A stretch of 64,000 bases of DNA from Andalucia godoyi And28. Taxonomy: Eukaryota; Protista; Jakobida. A model generated the notes under the pieces. The model was not told the DNA's origin and made no database searches. It saw only the letters and a program-made list of their open reading frames with translations. The position numbers were made by a program, and so were the translations under genes. The stretch spans positions 62,001 through 126,000 of the forward strand of contig VRVR01000057.1 of NCBI GenBank assembly GCA_009859145.1, read 5' to 3'. Positions 61,201-64,000 of the stretch are shown one piece after another; position 1 is the first letter of the stretch, and every line of letters starts with the position of its first letter.

Positions 61201-62327
61201 AGCTCACTTTGCATCGGTATGCATACCGTCGGTGTTTGCTGGTGGTTGAAGGACTGTACAGCATGGATGCTGACTTCCCCAACCTTTTCCAACTGGTCCG
61301 CATCAAAGACAAGTACAAGTGCATTTTGTACATTGATGAAGCTCATTCTTGTGGAGTCATGGGCGATACGGGGCGTGGAATCACGGAGCTCTTTCCGATC
61401 AACAAGGACGATCCGTCCATTATTTTGATGGGAACGCTCAGCAAAGCACTTGGATCCTGTGGTGGATATTTAGCTGGAAAGCGAGAGGTCATCAATTATC
61501 TTCGTTACACGATTCCGGGCTTCATCTTTTCAGCGGGTATTACCCCGCCGAATACAGCGTCTGCTCTTGCAGCCGTCCGTGAATTAAAGCGCACAAACGT
61601 ACGCGTTCGGAATCTGCAGTTTAATGCGCAGCGATTCGCATCTCGTGCTCTTGAGCGCAAACTGGATGTCCGATTCCGGTTCCCTTCTGGTATTGTCATG
61701 GTGCTGTTGTATGACTCGGATCGCTGTGTGGCTGTTTCGGCGATGATGTACGAGCTGGGGTATTTTGTCAATCCGGCAATATACCCTGCTGTTCCGATGG
61801 GCCAGGCTCGTTTACGGTTCTTTTTGTCGTCGCTGCATACTGAAGAGCAGATTGATCAGTGTGTCGACACTCTGGCAGAGGTGGTTCAACAAGTCTTCCA
61901 AGGATCGGAGGATGACATTCGGGAGCTTGCTGCCGGTGCACGCTCCCACCGGATGTCGCTGCGTGGCGATATGGAATCCATTTCGGCCATTGCGGTTCCT
62001 GGGGTGATTCGCCAAGGATGGCTCGTGAAGCGTGGACATCTTCGGAAGAATTGGCTGATGCGATGGTTCCGTCTCACTCCAAAGTACTTCAGCTATGGCC
62101 CTTCTGAGCACGACCGTGCGAAGAGATCGATCCCGCTTTCTTCCATCCAGTCCGTGACCATGCTGGACCAAGCGGTCCTTGGGCAAAAGAACTGCTTCAT
62201 GGTTAATGGCGGTGGGTTTGTGTTGTACGTGTATGCATCAACCGAGCGGAGTGCCCAGGAGTGGGTCAATTCGCTGATCAAGGCAAAGCGCGAAGCGAAT
62301 CTAACAGAATCCAGATGCGATCAATAG
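55257..62327 (+). CDS. Hybrid megasynthase FAAL-ACP-KS-AT-ACP-alpha-oxoamine synthase-PH (RedL-like type I PKS)
   Basis: FAAL: LQYSSGSTGMPKG, CYGLAEATL, YLRTGDMGF, PKTSSGKIQR. ACP1: YGLNSA. KS: DTACSSS, EAHGTGT, KSNIGHTEAAAG. AT: VGHSAGE, YAFHH. ACP2: YGMDSL. PLP oxoamine synthase: FSCYNYLGL, VEGLYSMD, DEAHS, GTLSKALG. PH: RQGWLVKRGHLRKNWLMRWFRL...AQEWVNSL. Confidence 0.93.
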   Translation: MSNPFEHMFFPLSEPSTASSSNTLASVLHARASDDLFRDKLLYTFLDSTGREEANLSFSTLLAYASLLAEELARTYSVKETDRVLILTPTHAAFPVSFLACLLGKFVAVPVAVPFDERGIERLLAIQKDSDSKVVLVTSMMRPFEDMFENLTMVYVDQWMSKIESAKGKAVAPEENVLRSQIAHQKMEDLAFLQYSSGSTGMPKGVMVDNSNLTANHEMIRRRLNATASDTIVSWCPAYHDMGLIGNVLFAAYVGARLILLSPVDFIRRPQLWPLTISKYKGTISGGPNFGYELLVRKVSDADWAKLDFSSWRAAFSGAEMVRASTIRSFAERFGPRGFRNSVWWPCYGLAEATLMVTAPKQLVDPRILKFSDHPDLGKKNPWIVAADKEFVSVGEMADGLDIRIVNPESCVAKGPQEEGEIWVSGPNVCRGYWKKEELNGGLFFAQIAGEASGKRYLRTGDMGFFFEDQLYITGRIKDILKINGVNIFPTDIEQAAELSFSDIRPGCSACFGYAPPGQGEQAVIFVEQAKGVAGQYDDVWFSRFQALISSKFRLQMYAVVVLTERVVPKTSSGKIQRYACRRMFEDNISQNPAVVAMKVFASDSTSRTAVDNEASSEQPAESTSLITNDDSDLQSFGQRLRSSSSIAAFKSVLRDWIAAEFAVKPNDIRDRDNFATYGLNSATAVSTAERLGQSLQVKLGPDTLFQHSTMDALTSHLAAKLSLFGKGVPTTSTDDASVTKTVLEQSAAPSSVVQKEIAVVGISLRLPCVSSVSDLWKALMEGKECRNAVKRSRFIDSDPSEGDESVEGYFLDNISEFDHKFWKISHAEAAMMDPQHRILLELAVECLHDSGAAISDVKGLDIGVYVGLSGHEYSILTSGLKAQSSAQASYVATGGSGAMAANRISYLLDLHGPSMSVDTACSSSLVALDLAFQDLRQGKTTSALVAASNLILTQGLCTSLEKAGFLAPDGRCKTFDASADGYGRAEGACMVLLKPLEDAIREGNRIYSVVLGTHSNSNGRSMSQTAPSFDAQVRLMKSAYESYGLNPADVFYVEAHGTGTSAGDPIESKALGDVIGQGKNRLSPCMVGSIKSNIGHTEAAAGLAGFIKASLIAFHGVIPPTLHVKQLNPSIDFGGMNLKVALQVMQCPENGLIGINSLGFGGTNAHAILRRVKPSERENIEKILSESLKSLSVKDASEPQVMKWRKKYAQEPVPLPISGMTSEGLAKYAKKLEDWATESGVDLLDVAAALAVAEHYEKRFAPLVGSVQEIAKARDGVSRSTNNNQASQLAFVFSGQGSEWIGMGKALYLRSPVFQKAVDNVDSLLSAEFDISIAEELLRERPDDENEKWNTDYAQPLLFSVQWALTVLLKSLEITPTVCVGHSAGEIAAAAAAGILDWKLAARLAALRGRYMNECTGNGGMLAVELSEEDVSDSVGGDMMARSVVLATVNSSSSCVLSGPIKELQDIEQDLRSKKVRVKFITKSYAFHHPSLSSAASKLKERLEKDCILVSGVATAGFVSTSELFSVQAGERCVRLAEPAYWACQITNPVRFRDAAVNSFSQFGMDAFVEISPHPVLLPRLAEIVEVLSNLLSGTRSILVLESLKRGGNDRSSFLRVVGDLWAAGYPVAWHRLFGVPASKVDKVRLPAYSWDRVPCWVDGKIQNAVSVAGNGGTHALGASSVPGADDVDLSNTDVSYLAPIIASLFAEFMDIKTDEIKFERPLQDYGMDSLAKARFRNVVFDVFGVRFPMHIPQELITIDFLANNVSEQLGEVAKRDSVQVAHSTSHDSGSATSAPAQSAVTGPVQANRGRIRIEADLSEDIKEFQERMKVIDKYKIENPFYRVQDSVSENIAIINGRRLVNFSCYNYLGLSGSATLNEAAKQSIDKFGTSVSGSRILSGEKTVHRELEAELASFLGCEDALVMLGGHSCNESTIGHIVDADYDLIIADEAVHNSIAKGMQLSKCTYVMFAHNDMEDLEAKLTLHRYAYRRCLLVVEGLYSMDADFPNLFQLVRIKDKYKCILYIDEAHSCGVMGDTGRGITELFPINKDDPSIILMGTLSKALGSCGGYLAGKREVINYLRYTIPGFIFSAGITPPNTASALAAVRELKRTNVRVRNLQFNAQRFASRALERKLDVRFRFPSGIVMVLLYDSDRCVAVSAMMYELGYFVNPAIYPAVPMGQARLRFFLSSLHTEEQIDQCVDTLAEVVQQVFQGSEDDIRELAAGARSHRMSLRGDMESISAIAVPGVIRQGWLVKRGHLRKNWLMRWFRLTPKYFSYGPSEHDRAKRSIPLSSIQSVTMLDQAVLGQKNCFMVNGGGFVLYVYASTERSAQEWVNSLIKAKREANLTESRCDQ

Positions 62328-62469
62328 CGCATTAGAAGAGTCCCCAACGCAGCCTTTCCCCTTTCTTCTTGTTCCTCTTTTTTCTTTTTTCTTTTTTCGT
62401 TTTGTTCTTTTGTAGTCATAAACAATTCTGTGTGTGTGTGTGTGTGAGTGAGTGATGTACAATAGAGAG

Positions 62470-64000
62470 TTAGATACTGCTGCTACCAGATTCTACAGCC
62501 TCTTCCGATTGGGGTTTGACTGCAGGGCCCGGAGTTGAAGAAGCGGCAGCGCCCAGCAGCCCTGGGATTCCGATATTCTCAGGCGCAAGTGTCTTGATTT
62601 CCTTGATGAGCAGACCCTTTTCGTCTCTGAATTGGTCATCCTCCTTTTCGACCAAGAATCCCTCAAGAAAAGCAACCAGCCTCGTCTGATTCTTCCAAAG
62701 AATCGCCTTGATTTCTGGGGGCTTATTCGGGTTCGCAACGAAGATCTTGAACACATGGAAAGCTTCAAACTGAATATTCCTCGATTTGTCCTTGAGCAAC
62801 GTCATCATGCGCTTCAGATGGTCCGGAACCGCAATGTACTTTGTCATGACCTTGAAGTTTGTTCTGTCCAACAACAGCTCTCCCAAAAGCTTGAGAGACT
62901 GTCTGCGCGTCACGTAGTTTTCACTCGAGAGCAGAGCGTTGTACCGGGTAAAGAACGTTTCGAACCGGCTAAGCATGTATTCCGCAGCTGGAGCTTTGTG
63001 TTTCGTCAATGCCTCCTTGAACGTCGCAAGCGCATCGGACTGAACGTCAAAGTTGGATGAATCCAAGTATGGGAAAAAGAGTTCGATCCGGCCAGCCTCT
63101 GGATCCAATGGAGCCGTAAGCACGATTGTAGACAGCGAAGCAGACGATCCAGTCGATGAAAACGGGGCGCTCGGAGTCGGGGAAGAAGAAGAGGACGTCG
63201 GTGTTGAGGCAAACAGGTTCGTAGCTGACAGCTGCGACGAGAGGGACATGAGAGAATTTGACGATGGGATCGAGGACAGGTCTGCGGATTGCGACGATGA
63301 AGTGACCAGCGTAGCAAGCACAGACGGCGAGTCCATCGACGTTCCCGAGAGTGAATGTGAGAGCAGCAGCGAATGCGAGTGGGAAAGAGTTGGAGTTGAG
63401 TTTGTGGAGCTGGATGACCCAGAGCCCGAATTCGACGAGCTCAGAGATGCAAGCTGAATATTCTTTGAGGCCTGTCCATAGATGAGGACACGCGTTTCCT
63501 CGAACAGAGGAGCGCAGGCAGTCGTTATCGGAGAAGGGGTGGTCTTGATACTAGCAAAGAACAGACGCGCGACGGAGTCCAACCGCAGAGCTTCCCGGAG
63601 CATGAGCCCGCAGTTCAGCGCGATTTCAGGGACCCGGTATCCAAGAAGCAGCAGTTCGAGGATTTCAGGATCGGCAACCTTTGACGGATTTCGCTTGGCA
63701 ACAAGCGAAAACGCCTGCACAATGTCCTTGCGAGCCTCAAAAGACAGCCGAACCATGCACTTGCACAACAGGACCAACGTGCAGCCATGCATCAATGCCT
63801 CGCCCAGCGCATCTGGGTCTTCCGTAAGCAACCCCTTGAATAGCCCAAGGTACTTGACCAGGTCTTCCTGCGCCTTCCGCACGATCTTTGAATCTCCTGC
63901 ATCCGATGACATCGTATGCACAACAGTCGTAGTCGTACTTTCGAAATTCGACACTACAACCAGAGTTGACAGCGCGCTGCATAGCCGGTTGCACACTTCC
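62470..64000 (-). CDS. CAB39: MO25/CAB39 (Hym1) scaffold protein, 5' end beyond the window, with a long Ser/Thr-rich insertion
   Basis: [76 protein letters not shown]. The frame is open to the window edge. Confidence 0.93.
   Translation of the reverse strand, partial: EVCNRLCSALSTLVVVSNFESTTTTVVHTMSSDAGDSKIVRKAQEDLVKYLGLFKGLLTEDPDALGEALMHGCTLVLLCKCMVRLSFEARKDIVQAFSLVAKRNPSKVADPEILELLLLGYRVPEIALNCGLMLREALRLDSVARLFFASIKTTPSPITTACAPLFEETRVLIYGQASKNIQLASLSSSNSGSGSSSSTNSTPTLSHSHSLLLSHSLSGTSMDSPSVLATLVTSSSQSADLSSIPSSNSLMSLSSQLSATNLFASTPTSSSSSPTPSAPFSSTGSSASLSTIVLTAPLDPEAGRIELFFPYLDSSNFDVQSDALATFKEALTKHKAPAAEYMLSRFETFFTRYNALLSSENYVTRRQSLKLLGELLLDRTNFKVMTKYIAVPDHLKRMMTLLKDKSRNIQFEAFHVFKIFVANPNKPPEIKAILWKNQTRLVAFLEGFLVEKEDDQFRDEKGLLIKEIKTLAPENIGIPGLLGAAASSTPGPAVKPQSEEAVESGSSSI

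Noticed and set aside
32369-62327. A biosynthetic gene cluster linking the megasynthase with the SDR (46196) and the extended SDR (32369)
   Set aside because: They are 8-22 kb away and separated by housekeeping genes (AP2M1, APEH); no sequence evidence of linkage

Overview
Gene-dense, intron-poor eukaryotic DNA (standard code, roughly balanced GC) from a flagellated protist. It encodes SPEF2, PKD2, AP2M1, DBR1, UBA2 and others. The style would fit a jakobid such as Andalucia, but that is inference only. About 24 protein-coding genes are supported; the first (an ABCG transporter) and the last (MO25/CAB39) run off the window edges. Two things stand out. (1) Three intergenic relics of an IS607/Fanzor2 (eukaryotic TnpB) element family lie at about 1951-2366 (+), 19373-19980 (-) and 52633-53132 (+). 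All three have lost most of the nuclease by internal deletion. All three keep the Zn-ribbon/RuvC-III tail and a 3' module shaped like an omega-RNA scaffold: GGCCT(AC/GT), then G.U-containing hairpins, then TGTAGG(C/T)G, with pseudoknot-compatible ends. (2) A 2356-aa megasynthase has the domain order FAAL-ACP-KS-AT-ACP-alpha-oxoamine synthase, the same as Streptomyces RedL, fused to a eukaryotic PH domain. No rRNA, tRNA or CRISPR array was recognised.
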